A stretch of DNA of 64,000 bases, from NCBI RefSeq assembly GCF_009914755.1, contig NC_060935.1, one strand, 5' to 3'. The translations under genes and the position numbers were made by a program. Below, in pieces: positions 40,300 through 53,510 of the stretch. This stretch comes from the human T2T-CHM13v2.0 reference genome, Homo sapiens. The notes under the pieces are model-generated. The model had not been told where the DNA came from and did no database searches. It saw only the letters and a list, made by a program, of their open reading frames with translations. How positions within the stretch are numbered: the stretch's first letter is position 1; each line of letters begins with the position of its first letter.

Positions 40300-40720
40300 C
40301 TTCTATACAATTCTACCACCTGCAAATAATGCTAATTTTGTCTCATATCCAATAGTTTTATCTCTTATTTCTGTTTCTTGCCTTATTGTTTTGGAAAGAA
40401 CTTCAAGACAATTTTAAAAAATAATGATGTCTTTGTCTTGTTCCTGATTTTAATGGGAATGACTATAGTATTTCACCATTAAGTATGATATTGGAAGTTG
40501 ATTTTTTTTTAAAAAATTATCATGTCAAGGAAATAATATTCTGTCCTGGCATATCTACATGTTTCTTTTCTTTTTACCCGGAAGCATCTATTCAATGGCA
40601 TGAAATACCTTTTTTGTTATTTATAGAAATCATCATTGGGTACTTTACATTAATCAGTAGAATTAATATTAACATATTAGTTTATTTCCAAATGTAGAGA
40701 AATGCTATTTCTGACATATT
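40300..40720 (-). mobile_element. Old L1M ORF2 fragment
   Basis: ttgtcttgttcctgattttaatgggaatg...tcaccattaagtatgata RT-region remnant. Confidence 0.7.
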
Positions 40721-40742
40721 GTCCACTAGATGGCCTTTTCTT

Positions 40743-40743
<1 letters not shown>

Positions 40744-40776
<33 letters not shown>
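40744..40776. repeat. (TG)n microsatellite
   Basis: Directly visible. Confidence 0.95.
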
Positions 40777-40781
<5 letters not shown>

Positions 40782-42519
40782 CCGAAGCCTTTCTACCATT
40801 AGGATGAGGCTAAGGCTTATAGCCCCAGAGAAGAAGAATAGAAATACTGCTCTGGAAGGAGAAAAAAACATTAAAGTAGTTGCTTTCAGACCAGAAGGGG
40901 AGACGGAAGCCTCCGCTGTTGCAAAGATGAGTTTCTGGTGAGAGAGATGAAGACAGGTAGTTTCTAGGGGATTAGAGAGCACATGCTGCCAAAGATGCAG
41001 TTCTCACTATTCCATTTGCACAGATGACCCTAGGCATGGGGAATCAAAGCACTTTCTAATTCTCCAAAGCTTTATGTGTTCCTAGAATAAAATAACTATT
41101 TTTATTCCTCAGTAAAGGCAGAAGTTTAAAGCTTCCAAATGGAGACTACTAAATGTTTGCAATATAGGAGCTGAACGTTTTAACAGGCCTTTGTCCCTTA
41201 TAATTTGGATGGTATATATATTTAGTGAAGTAGTCAGAACTCTGGTTGCAAAAAACAGAAACTCAGCTTCAAGTAATTAAACAAGAAAGTTAAATTTGTT
41301 GGTTGTATTTTTATCCTATTTGTGGTTTAATTTTGGGAACCCATAAATCTCCCTAATAGAACCAAATACCATTCAATTTTCCTCATTCTTTGCCCATTCT
41401 TTCTCATTGTTAATTTTCTCTATATATTACTTTATGTCTCCCAGGTCTCTTGTTATTATGAAAGTGACATCATGGCCACGGGTATTTGAATGTGGGGTGG
41501 AGGCAAGGAAAAACCGGTTGGTCTTGCTGGGGTCATATACCTCAAAGGCATCAATATATTCTGTCCTGGAGATGAGATGCTGTGCAAGTGGGTCGTATGT
41601 CTGTTCCTTTGACCATAGGAGTTGGATTCTTTAATTGTTAGCTCCCACCTGAAATCTGTAAGGGGAGAGACTGTGGGAAGTATTTCACTAAAGTAATTGG
41701 TATGTGGTGACCAGGAGAATGGAGAAAGAGTTATTTGCAACCCACAGCAGCAAATATCTACTGCAACTAGGAAATGGAAACCCATGACTAAATATGTTCT
41801 GATAAACAAAAAAAGCAACATTAAAATGCGAAGTAAAGATAGGCTGAATTAACAGTTCAAGAAAGAGGATGTAATCAGTTGACAGTTGACAACTGACAGT
41901 TGAAAAAGAGGAAGAAAAAGAACAGTGAGGGGTTGATAATACAAATATAATCTGGATTTGCCAACTGAATGGTAACAATGGGGAAAGGAATTAAGAAATT
42001 GAAATCAATACAGTCTAGTGACTTAAATATTTATCAATAGATCTCAAATTACAAACAAATTTGCTATTAATGGAAAACAAAAAATTACAGTATAAGGTTA
42101 TGATAATTTTCTGATTGAGAAAGAAAGGATACATGGAATCTTAAGGTGGTAACTGTAACTCTCTGCACCTGATCTGTGAGGAATCACAAACCCTCCAGGC
42201 ACAGGGAAGATACCCACAATCATGGCCTGTCACTACTGTCTCACCTGCCACTGTCAAGAGACCGTAAAAACAGAAGGTGGCTCATGGGGGATGGGTTAGC
42301 AATTAAGTAGTGATTTATTAATGAAGCAAGTAGTATAGTTATTAAGCAGTATGTAATTATTGTTTCTATCGTAAAACCTACGGAGATTAATATATTCAAT
42401 AAGCATTTGAAGATATCAAGGTGACTTCATAGGAAAAGCTGAGATGAGCTAAGATTTTAAGTCAAGACAAACGAAGTATTTATTCGATAACTCTGTATCC
42501 ATCCCCCATAGTCTCTCAG

Positions 42520-42970
42520 CTTACCCGTTTATTCCAGCTTTTGCTGTGGAATCCAGGTGTGCACTGCCGTAACCTTATAGCATCTCACCTCATTTGTACT
42601 CTGTAGCTCTCACTTTCTGCTTCCAAGCTTTCATTCAGCCATTTTGATGCATTTGCAAACAAATGCAAGGTAGTTATAGGTCAACTTTTGACTAGTGAGA
42701 AACAGAATCTAGTGAATTAATACCACCGCTTTTCTTATCCTTGGACAGATAATTCTGAAGTGCATTCTACGTGTAAACCTCAGGGCTTTATAACAGGATC
42801 AAGTCTCAACTATCCATGATGGGTTAGGCTTGCAACTCACCCTTTGGATAATTTTTCCCTCCTTTCTTGTTGCACACCTACTGGTACTTTACTCTTGTTC
42901 TCAAAATAAACCACCTGTAGAAAAGCCCCTATTTTAGGCTTTTCTTTCAAGGGAATCTAAAATAAGACAA
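42520..42970 (+). mobile_element. LTR16-like ERVL LTR
   Basis: ggacagataattctgaagtgcattctac and aaataaaccacctg...ctaaaataagaca terminus. Confidence 0.6.
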
Positions 42971-44345
42971 AGGCTTTTCTTTCAAGGGAATCTAAAATAA
43001 GACAAAGGAATGCATAAGTGATACATATATGCATCATATGTAATGTACGTATATGATTGTCACAAACCAATTCAAAGAGGCGAAGGGCCAAAACTGATAA
43101 AGTTTGCATGCTAAAGGGAAAAACTAATAAAAATACTGACTTTGTAAGTTATGATCTGGCCAATCAAGTGATAGTTCCATTGCTTGGTGAAAATGGTATA
43201 ATGCTAAGGGATTATAGTGGAAAAATAAACCTATTTATTTTCAACTTTACTATGAGAAACTATAGTGCTTAGGATAATGTGACTAGGAACAAGTTACTTG
43301 AGTTCTATTAGCCTCAATGTCCTTATCTGTAAAAAATAGGAATAATGATAATAAGTACCTTATTTTGCTGACATAATAATGAAATTAGGTAATGACTATA
43401 AATAAGTAAGCTATTTTGAAAACACAAGGGCCAATATTCCCTCCCTGAATGGAAAGAGAAACACCTTACATTACATTCTGATGAATCAATACCCACTCAG
43501 AAACAAGACAGACATTTCTCCCTACAGATGTAAAATCAATAATTTCAAGTTAGTTATCAGTTGGTCATCCTACCATTCCAAGAACTTCGTAGAATACCCT
43601 ATTGCTTTTACTGGCACTGTTTTTGCTTATACTCCCATCAATGCTATTACTAATCCTATCATCAATGTAATTTTATTCACATTTATACTTCTCGCATCTA
43701 TCTAGTGTCTCACCTAGGTACTCAGTAAATATTTGTTGAATGCGTAAATAAACAATTTGCTAACTGTGAAGTGAAGAGTGGGAACAATTAACTTAAAGAA
43801 AGAGTTGATGGCTATACTGATGTGGAAAATCTTCTAGCAGCTTGGGCTCCTTGGCGGTACAAGTTTACTATAATGAAGACAAATATTAATATACGGTACC
43901 AGAGCAGAGAGTAAGTTATCATCATAATGTTTGTCTGCATCACAGCCATAGAAAACAGGACATCTAAAGCTCAACTAGGAGGAGGAAGCATTTCCCATCC
44001 CAATATATTACTGTGTTGAAGAGTAGATAAACACCAAATTTACATATATTTCACAAAGTACACTTTAGGAAGGTAAATAATTTGATGACACTATAATCAC
44101 AATTTGAAACTCTGAAATGCTCTGAATAAAATGCAGAATGTTGCTTGCAAAATAGCATTTAGACACAAATACAACACATGTAGGCCTTTACCAGCAATAT
44201 AACCATATCACCCAGGAACAAAAGGCAGTCCCCAGGCCAAGATAAAGGTGGTCAAACCAGTGAGGCCAACTTAAAAATTTCAAAGAACACCGCTGTCTTT
44301 CAAAGTCTCTGGACAACCTACAATTCTGTTTCTACCCAAATACCC

Positions 44346-45126
44346 TTTTTATTTTATTTTATTTTTTTATTATACTTTAAGTTCTGGGATACATGTGCAG
44401 AACGTGTAGGTTTGTTACCTAGGTATACATGTGCCATGGTGGCTTGCTGCACCAATCAACCCATCGTCTGCATTAGGTATTTCTCCTAATGCTATCCCTC
44501 CCCTAGCCCCCAACCCCCGATAGGCCCTGGTGTGTGATGTTCCCATCCCTGTGTCCATGTATTCTCATTGTTCAACTCCAACTTATGAGTGAGAACATGC
44601 TGTGTTTGGTTTTCTGTTCCTGTGTTAGTTTGTTGAGAATGATGGGTTCTAGCTTCATCCATCTATGCGGCCAACAAACACATGAAAAAAAGTTCATCAT
44701 CACTGGTCATTAGAGAAATGCAAATCAAAACTACAATGACATACCATCTCATGTCAGTTAGAATGGCGATCATTAAAAAGTCAGGAAACAACAGGTGCTG
44801 GAGAGGATGTGGAGAAATAGGAACGTTTTTACACTATTGGTGGGAATGTAAATTAGTTCGACCATTGTGGAAGACAGTGTGGTGATTCCTCAAGGATCTA
44901 GAACCAGATCCCATTTGACCCAGGGATCCCATTACTGGGTATATACCCAAAGTATTATAAATGATTCTACTATAAAGACACATGTACACATATATTTATT
45001 GCAGCACTATTCACAATAGCAAAGACTTGCAACCAATCTAAATGCCTATCAATGATAGACTGGATAAAGAAAATATGGCACATATACACCATGGAATACT
45101 ATACAACCATAAAAAGGATGAGTCCA
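44346..45126 (-). mobile_element. 5'-inverted L1PA (L1PA7-like): 3' end on minus strand 44346-44662, inverted upstream segment on plus strand 44663-45126
   Basis: T tail, then ttatactttaagttctgggatacatgtgcag; abrupt strand switch at ~44662; TSD ccaaataccctt at 44336 and 45124. Confidence 0.93.
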
Positions 45127-45619
45127 AATACCCTTATTTTTAAGTCCCCTTAATAAAACCAAGTGTAGATGAGAATATATTAAAAAAAGTGATCACTCAG
45201 ATTTAAAGGCCCAAATATATTGCATTTTAGTGTAAAAGTAAACTTTGAATTAAGATCTCAGTATCATGATGCCAATTTTGGAGAAACCATGATTTACTGA
45301 AGAACTGCCACATGATTACAGACAGGCAGACATTTCACTCGATTGAAAGCAGAATAGAGGAAAATGGTGAAAAGTGTAATAAGTAAACCTGATGTCCAGC
45401 TTCAACAAAATTCTAGAGTAGACTGGTAAACACATGCATACTACACATTTAGAACAAAATGTGCCAACATTGGTTATCTAGGGAAAGTTATGTTAAACTA
45501 ATCAAAGTGTTTAAACTATTGTGTTCATAATGTGCTATAAATCTAAAGTGCTTTAAGTTCATCAAAATACTTGATAAAGTGAGAAGACTTTGGAGGTGGC
45601 GATCCTAGGGTGAGCTGAA

Positions 45620-46330
45620 GCCTCAGTGATGTGAGAGTGCAGAATGTGAAACTCTGATGAAGTATTTTTCAGTGAGAAAACAGCAAGGGCAAATGTCCTC
45701 GGGTGAGAGAATGCTGATTATGCTCAAGGAACAAGGATGTCAACTTGAATGGAGTGGATGGAGATTAGGTCAGAAATGAGAGGAGACAGACAAATTATGT
45801 AGGGGCATGATCACAGTACAGAGAATGTTTTTTAATTTCATTGTGAGAGTAAGCCACTGGACTTTATAAGCAGGATAATTAAGGGCATAATCTGATATTT
45901 TTTAAGAAAGTTATTCTGGTTGCTATGGGAAAAATAGATTATAGGGGGGCAAGAATAAAATCAGGTGGCAAGTTAGGAGGCTATTGCAGTGTTCTGATTT
46001 AAACACGGTAGTGCCATGGATATGCTGTCACGGAAGTGGAGGTAGTGAGGAATGATTAGATTTGCAATCATTTTGAAGATCAGCCAATGGACTTGCTCTT
46101 AATTACATCTAGTGACAAGGCACGTGGTTGGTCCTTGACAGATTTTTTTTTTAATTAATAAAATATTTTGTGATGAAGTGAAAGGGAAAAGTAGGGGCAA
46201 GCATCCTTCTTACTTTCATACCTAACATGAATTGTAGAAAATTAGGAAAGAAGCAAACTTTGTTAGAAGAATCAGGAGTTTTATTTTAGATGAGTTAATT
46301 TATAATATCTATTTCATATATATTCACCTG
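45620..46330 (-). mobile_element. L2 fragments
   Basis: aagccactgg...ttattctggttgctatggg...ggaggctattgcagt L2 motifs. Confidence 0.65.
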
Positions 46331-46654
46331 GGATGTCAAAGGGTCTTTTAATAAATAAACCCACATGTTTAACTAAGCTTTATTCAGTGTCTACTAGTAG
46401 GAGACACTAAAGATAAAACATTCTTTCTGTTCTTGTCTTTACCTTGGCAGATAAAATATATGCTCAGTGGGTCTGAGGAGAAAGCCAGCCTGGTGGGCTC
46501 AGCTCTGTAGAATTATTTCTTGTCAAGAATCAGAGCTACCAATTAGAGTAGCCCTTGAAATGTTCTGAAGATTTATTGTTTTTATAAAAGAAACACTATT
46601 CTCTCAATCTTTTGAGTGCTTCATTTCTTTAAACATTTGTTTCGAATGGTATTT

Positions 46655-47139
46655 TGTATTAGTTTCCTATCAATACTGTAATTACCATAAATTTGGTGTC
46701 TTAAAACAACTCAGCTTTACTATCTTACAGTTCTGGAGGTCAAAAGCCTGAAATGGGTATCACTGGGCTACAATCATGGTGTCATCAGAGCTGTGTTCAT
46801 TTTTGGAAGCTTTTAGAGGAGAATCCATTTTTTCACTTTTCAAGTTCTAGAGGCACTCTTAGGCTCATGCCTCCCTTTCATCTTCAAAGCCAGCAATGGT
46901 GGTGGGAGTCTGTCTCAAAATACATCACCCTGACATTGACTCTTCTGTCTCTCTCTCTCTCCCTTATTGGGCTCACCCAGGTAATTCAAGATAATCTCCC
47001 AATCTTAAAGTCAGCTGATGAGCAACCTTAATTTCATCTGCCACCTTAATCTCCTTCTTGCCATGTAATATAACATATTCACAGGTTCCAAGAATAAGGA
47101 TGTGAACATCTTTGGGGGATCATTATTCTCTCTATTACA
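46655..47139 (-). mobile_element. MLT1C/D MaLR LTR
   Basis: tgtattagtttcctat...ttacagttctggaggtcaaaag...catctttgggggatcattattc. Confidence 0.85.
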
Positions 47140-47736
47140 TATAAGTAATACCTATACCTATTACATATACCTAAAGTTTCTCAGGTTGATATTGTAGAAA
47201 AGAAGGAGGGAGATATTAGGCACAGCTATTGCCCTATTGATTTCTGGGCATTTTATCACATTCTGGGAAAATACATCAAAAAAACCAAAACATTTGCAGC
47301 ATTTTGGGCATTTATTTAATCTTTATCAGAACATAGTCAAGTATTAATTACTAGATAAAATGCATGGCTCAATATTGATCCATAGAAATGGGTATGAGTT
47401 CAAAACTTGCTTATCAATGACACCACAAGGGTCAAGTTTGGTAGAAATTATCTCTTAATGGATATGATAATTTTCAATGGAATTTAAAACTATGTATGTT
47501 TGGCATTGGAAAATCCTTCTTGCACTCATTTCTCTAATTTATACATGAATGACTTCAGAACACTTTTGATAAGCAGGATGCATGATCCTTTCTTTTATAC
47601 CCACTGTGAAAATAAAAAAAACAAATAAATGTTACCTATAGATTTTTGTGACACACTCCCAGAACCACAGATTCTTATTTTAGTGAATGTTTCTGAAATT
47701 CTAAGCAGCAGCAAATATCAGATTAGATAGAGATGT

Positions 47737-48167
47737 TGTGTTAGTCAGGGTTCTCTTAGAGGGATAGAACTAATAGGAAATTATATATGCTAGTTTATTA
47801 AGTATTAACTTACATGATCACAAGGTCCCACAACAGGCTGTCTGAAAGCTGAGGAGCAAGGGGAACCAGTTTGAGTTCCAAAACTGAAGAACTTGGAGTC
47901 TGATGTTCAAGGGCAGAAAGCATCCAGCATGGGAGAAAGATGTAGGCTGGGAGGCTAGCCCATCTCGCCTCTTCACGTTTTTTTCTGACTGCTTTATATA
48001 CGCTGGTGGCTGATTAGATGGTGCCCAACTGATTAAGGGTGGGTCTGCCTTCCTCAGCCCACTGACTCATATCTTATTCTAATTGGGCAACACCCTCACA
48101 GACGCACCCAGGATCATTATTGCATCCTTCAATCCAATCAAGTTGACACTCAGTATTAACCATCACA
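47737..48167 (-). mobile_element. MLT2A (A1/A2) ERVL solo LTR
   Basis: tgtgttagtcagggttctc...caagttgacactcagtattaaccatcaca; perfect TSD gatgt. Confidence 0.94.
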
Positions 48168-48799
48168 GATGTCTTCCTTAGGGAAACTTTCTCTGTGATC
48201 CTCACCTCTGGAGATTAGAGTAATTCCTTTAGTGATGTCTCTTCATGAAACTTTGCACTTTTTCTTCATACTTATTACAGGTGGAAGGAATTAATTGTTT
48301 TAGTTATTATTTGCTTGATGTTTGTCTTCCCTGAGTTGGAGCACTGCACCTGTCTCATTGACCACTCTGCTTTATCACTTGTTCTTTGCACACTATCTTG
48401 CTACCAGATGCTCAATAATTATTTGGTGAATAAAGAAAGTCATCAGACTTAAGAATCAAGAGGTTTTTAAATTAAGCTAACTTATAGGTACTTTGTTTTA
48501 TTTTGAATGTCATCTTGGGAATTCAGTAACGTATTTACTTTAAATAAAAGAAAACATCCTGACTAAAATTATTAGTCAGGTGAATTATTGTGGGCCTAGA
48601 AAAATTATTAGTCAGGTGAATTATTGTAGACCTAGAACAGATAATTGCTACATATCTAAAAATGGATCAAAAATTATTTAGAAAGATTTTTGCCTGCTGC
48701 ATATCATATTCTTGGTTCACCCTTATGTAGGCCTTCAATAGAGTACATCCCTCTTATTAAAAATACCTTTGCTGTCATAACTTACCTTTAGATATAATA

Positions 48800-49035
48800 G
48801 TAACCAACATTTATTGAATATTTACTATGGGCCAGGCACTATTCTGAATGTTTTTCATACCCATTTAATCCTGGCAACAATCCTACAATATAGGTATTAT
48901 TATTACCTTTATTTTACATATGAACTGAGGCAACCGAGATGCAGAGAACATACTTACCCAAGGTCATACAATTGAAGGACGTCCAGGATTTATGCCTGGT
49001 CTGATTTTTCTCCAATGTCCATGCTTTTAACTAGT
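48800..49035 (-). mobile_element. MIR
   Basis: aacatttattgaatatttactatgggccaggcact...attttacatatgaactgaggc. Confidence 0.8.
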
Positions 49036-49235
49036 AAAATTTATTATCTATACTCAACCGTTAACGTGATAGAAATTGTCTTTATTTCAGGTATTTCTTA
49101 AAGGGTATAAACTCAGTGCACAGCTACCAAATAGTTTTCAAAGCTCAAAAATGGAAAATGATTTAAATAACATGTTATATTATAAATTAAAGTAAGGACA
49201 ATCTGAAGAACCAATCATCTGAGTATTCCTTTAGA

Positions 49236-49420
49236 TCAATGATTCTCAAAATGCAGTCCCCAGACCAGCTACATCATCATCCCATGGGAATTTGTTACAA
49301 ATGCAAATTCTCTGTCACATCACAGACCTACTGAGTTAGAAACTCTGGGGGTTGGGCCCAAAAAGTTTATCAAGCCCTCTGGATGATCCTGCATGTGTAA
49401 GCCTAGGAGCCTCTGCTCTC
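49236..49420. mobile_element. MER5A hAT-Charlie MITE
   Basis: caatgattctcaaaatgcagtccccagacc...ttgttacaaatgcaaattctc...agaaactctggggg. Confidence 0.8.
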
Positions 49421-49424
49421 CTAC

Positions 49425-49750
49425 ACAGTAAGCAAACGATGACCTGTGGGCCAAATTTGGCATAGAAACTTACTTTTGTATCACCCATAAGCTAGAAATT
49501 GTTTTTACATTCATAAAGAATTTTAAAAATACAATGAAGAGTAATATTTTGTGATGCGAAAATTATATGATATTTAAATTTCAGCATTCATAAATGAGTT
49601 TTATTGAAAGACAACCAAAGCTTGTGAATTTACATATTATCAACGTCCGTTTTTACACAAAAATTGCAGAGTTGAATAGCAGCAGCAGAGACTATACAAC
49701 ATGCAAAAACTAAGATATTTCCTTAATTAAAAAGTGTTTGCTGGCCCATG
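49425..49750. mobile_element. MER58B hAT-Charlie MITE
   Basis: gcaaacgatgacctgtgggccaaatttgg...aaaaagtgtttgctggccc. Confidence 0.8.
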
Positions 49751-50553
49751 GCCCAATGAAACGTTGGTTTTCAACTGGGAAATCAGTGTCATGGTGATTA
49801 GAATCGCCTGCGAGGCTTTGTGAACATATAGGTGCAGCCAGCCACCCGAGAGCTACTGAATAAGAAACACCCAAGATGGAACTTAGGCATACGTTACTAC
49901 AACAAAGACTATTGCAATCATGAGGTGAGTTTGAGATGCAGCCAGAATGGGAAACCCCATATCTAGAAACAGATTCATCTGTAGTATCTCAGACATTTCT
50001 TACAATAATTCTGAGAGAGGAGTTATTTATTAATTTCCTCCTTACTGATGGGAACACGCAAGTTCAGAGACATCAAGAACCTTGTCCAGTCACATAACTG
50101 GTAGAGTTTGAACACTGGATTTGAATGCAGGGCTGTACATCACAAAATCAATGTTTTAACTCCCTCCTTTATACTGCCTCTGTGCTTTTTTTGTTGAATG
50201 GTATTATTTCTGGGTCTCTTCCAAAGAATATCTTTAAATATTCTTTCACAGTCTCCTGGCTTCACTACTTAGCAGGTGTCTGGTTGCCAGGTTTTTAGAA
50301 GTTTTTACCATGTCTGAGTATTCCTTCTGGTTCTAAATTTATGTTTATCTGTCCAGGATCTGATCGTACTTTTCTGGCTTTGAGCTCATTTCCATTTGCC
50401 TGCTATTACCTGTAGATCCACCTTGATCTTGTACCTCTGTCAAGGTCAAACCTATTACTCTAGTTTTCAGCCTCAGAAGGAGGTGAGTGGTCCTTTACAA
50501 GGCACTGGATTGCTACATCATGGGTCATACCCTCAGCTGATGTTTAAACACCT

Positions 50554-50875
50554 AGCAGGTCGAGGCTGCAGTGACCCATGATCATGCCACTGCACTCCAG
50601 CCTGAGTGAGAGAGTGAGAGCCTGTCAAAAATAAGGAAGGAAGGAAAGAAGGAAGGAAGAATGGAAGGAAGGAAGGAAGGAAGGGAAGGAAGGGAGGGAA
50701 GGAGGGAAGGAAGGAGGGAAGGAGGGACGAAGGGAAGAAGGGACGAAGGGAAGAAGGGAAGAAGAGAGGGAGGAAAAGAGATGAGTGTGTGAAGCCACTA
50801 TATTTGGGACTTCATCTGTCACAGAATCCAGTGTTGTTCACCTTAAATAATGCTGTACTTAAAGTCAACTCTGAG
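50554..50875 (+). repeat. Dispersed duplicate of 51524-51824 (Alu-monomer 3' part, GGAA repeat and unique flank)
   Basis: Near-identical sequence 970 bp upstream of the source; both copies give the same [19 protein letters not shown]. Confidence 0.95.
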
Positions 50876-51283
50876 GAAAAGTTGTTTCCAAGTTGGATCT
50901 CAATCAGGATTATGACCAAACCAATCCTGCTGCAGAAGCACAAAATATTGCTTACAGAGTGATGGGAAAATAATGGCTACACAAACTGCATGGGTCAGAA
51001 AAATGGCATAGCACAGGAGCCTCATTTGTAGAGCTGTGCTTTACAAGGCCTGCTGTTGGGAAGCACAGACTCCCTGAACTCAAGACTTGCTAGATTGATA
51101 GCTTTCTCTAATATATGAACTCTCCTTTTGTTGAGCACATGGTCAGACTATATTTCTCAGGATCTCATGAGTGAATTGTGGCCATATGATTGTGTTCTGG
51201 ACAGTGGAATGAGAACAAAAGCAATATATTCAACTTCTAGGCTTGACCCTTGGGAATCCCCATACCCAATCATGGTTTCCTCA

Positions 51284-51760
<477 letters not shown>

Positions 51761-51843
51761 TCATCTGTCACAGAATCCAGTGTTGTTCACCTTGAATAAT
51801 GCTGTACTTAAAGTCAACTCTGAGTAATCACAGTTACCAAGTA

Positions 51844-52172
51844 CAGTACTCCCCCTTTATCAGCAGTTTTACTGTCTTGGTTTTAGTTACCCATGGTCAA
51901 CCATGGTCCAAAAATAAGTACAATAAGATATTTGGGTTGAGAGAGAGAGAGAGGTATTGATTTTCACATAACTTTTATTATAGTATGTTGTTATAATTGT
52001 TCTTTTTATTAGCTATTGTTGTTAAACTCTCATTGTGCCTAATTTATAAATTAAACTTTATCATAGGTATGTATGCATTTAAAAATATGGTATATATAGG
52101 CTTATTACTATCTGCAGTTTCAGGCATCCAGGGGGGTCTTGCAACATATCCCCTGTGGATACGGGATGACTG
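51844..52172. mobile_element. MER44A (Tigger7-family) MITE
   Basis: cagtactccccctttatc...ggatacgggatgactg termini and characteristic body. Confidence 0.85.
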
Positions 52173-53029
52173 TTATATAGATGACTCAAAGCAGAGAAAC
52201 ACTGCAGTTATAAAAACTTTTTATATAATAGCCTGTTTAATCTCCAAAGCACCTATTTTATGGATAAGGAAACCAAGACACAGGGAGGCTGAGAAACTTG
52301 TTTCAAGTGACACAGTTACAAGAAGCAGAGCTGAGATTCAAACCCTGGTCACCTGACTCTAAAGTCTTCATTTATACTTGACTACTATGCAATAAAATAT
52401 GCTATTATACTTTTGTAATCTACAGATTATCCTGAGTTAAAGATTGCTTCCACCACTGTTTTTAAGAGCCTGTTTCCTAGGGTGAGGTGGGTACAGTATT
52501 CAGTATTTATAGGTCTGATTTCATTGAATACCTCGTAGCAGTGCTATTATCTCCACAGAAGAAACACTAAAGTTTGACAGTTTAATGGTCAAGATACCAG
52601 AGCTGTTTTGAGCTGTTATTCTTACCCAAATCTTCAGATTCCAGATCCTGTGCTCTCACAAGTATGCTCTGCTGTCTCAAACCTGTCAAAACACCCCTTC
52701 TAGAACACTGTTTTCCTCCTGGCTGGATTCCTCCTGTCTAGAGGATTGCTTTGTTAGTGAAATGACATAATATATGGGAATGTGTTCTGTAAACCAGGAA
52801 ACACTGAACAAACATAAGGCATGATTATTACCAGTAGTACTTAAGACAGAGAACAAACCATGACAACCCAATTGCATGTACTTCCTTATTATTCAGAAAG
52901 GGAGCTCAGAGGAAAAGTCTTGCCTGGGGAATTCAGTACAATCTGAGTGTATACTCTGCAGTTCATTCAGAAAACTGATTCCACAGTTCTCTTCCTAAGT
53001 TCTGCTTCCCAAGTAATTGGGTAATATCC

Positions 53030-53460
53030 ACGTACATGCAGTGCAGTAGGATCACCTCTGCCTCACGCATCCGTGCCTCATTTCCTCACTTAATGCCTTC
53101 TCAGTTCCGTTATTTATTTTCTTTAATATTACTGCAGTACAGCAGAATGAGTCACACTCCCTGCCATTCCCAGTAGCACCCTCGAAGGCCCACAAAACAA
53201 TCCGGTGATTTATGAGGACTTTTTCTACCCAAATGATACACAATCACAGAAGCTGGCTTTTCACTGCCTCGGTCTCCAGATCAGGGACAGGTTTCGGATA
53301 TCAGCTCAGAGAAGGGGTTTGGATCCTTTGGCGGAGCCCGTGCAGTGGGGTCGTTCTAAGGCAGGGTGAATTGGATGACTGGATGGGGCAGAAATGGTGT
53401 AAATGAGGGTTTGGAAGACAAGCAAATGCAGTTTCCAGGAAGAGGAGTCATAAACACAGG
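53030..53460. promoter_or_regulatory. Candidate enhancer: AP-1, PBX-HOX, STAT and HOX/FOX-type motifs
   Basis: TGAGTCA 53148, TGATTTATGA 53206, TTCCAGGAA 53433, GTCATAAACA 53447; locally raised CpG; function inferred only. Confidence 0.3.
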
Positions 53461-53510
53461 AACTCAGGCTGTATACTAATGCTAAGAATGAGAAGGCTGT
53501 ATATCTAAAC

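Noticed and set aside
40890-40937. 48-nt candidate exon (tttcag|...ctg|gtgaga)
   Set aside because: Very short pyrimidine tract, no recognisable peptide in any frame and no partner exons; cannot be supported without RNA data.
43481-43705. Hydrophobic ORF suggestive of a mitochondrial insertion
   Set aside because: No recognisable mtDNA match; it runs into an L2 3' terminus (ctcagtaaatatttgttgaatg).
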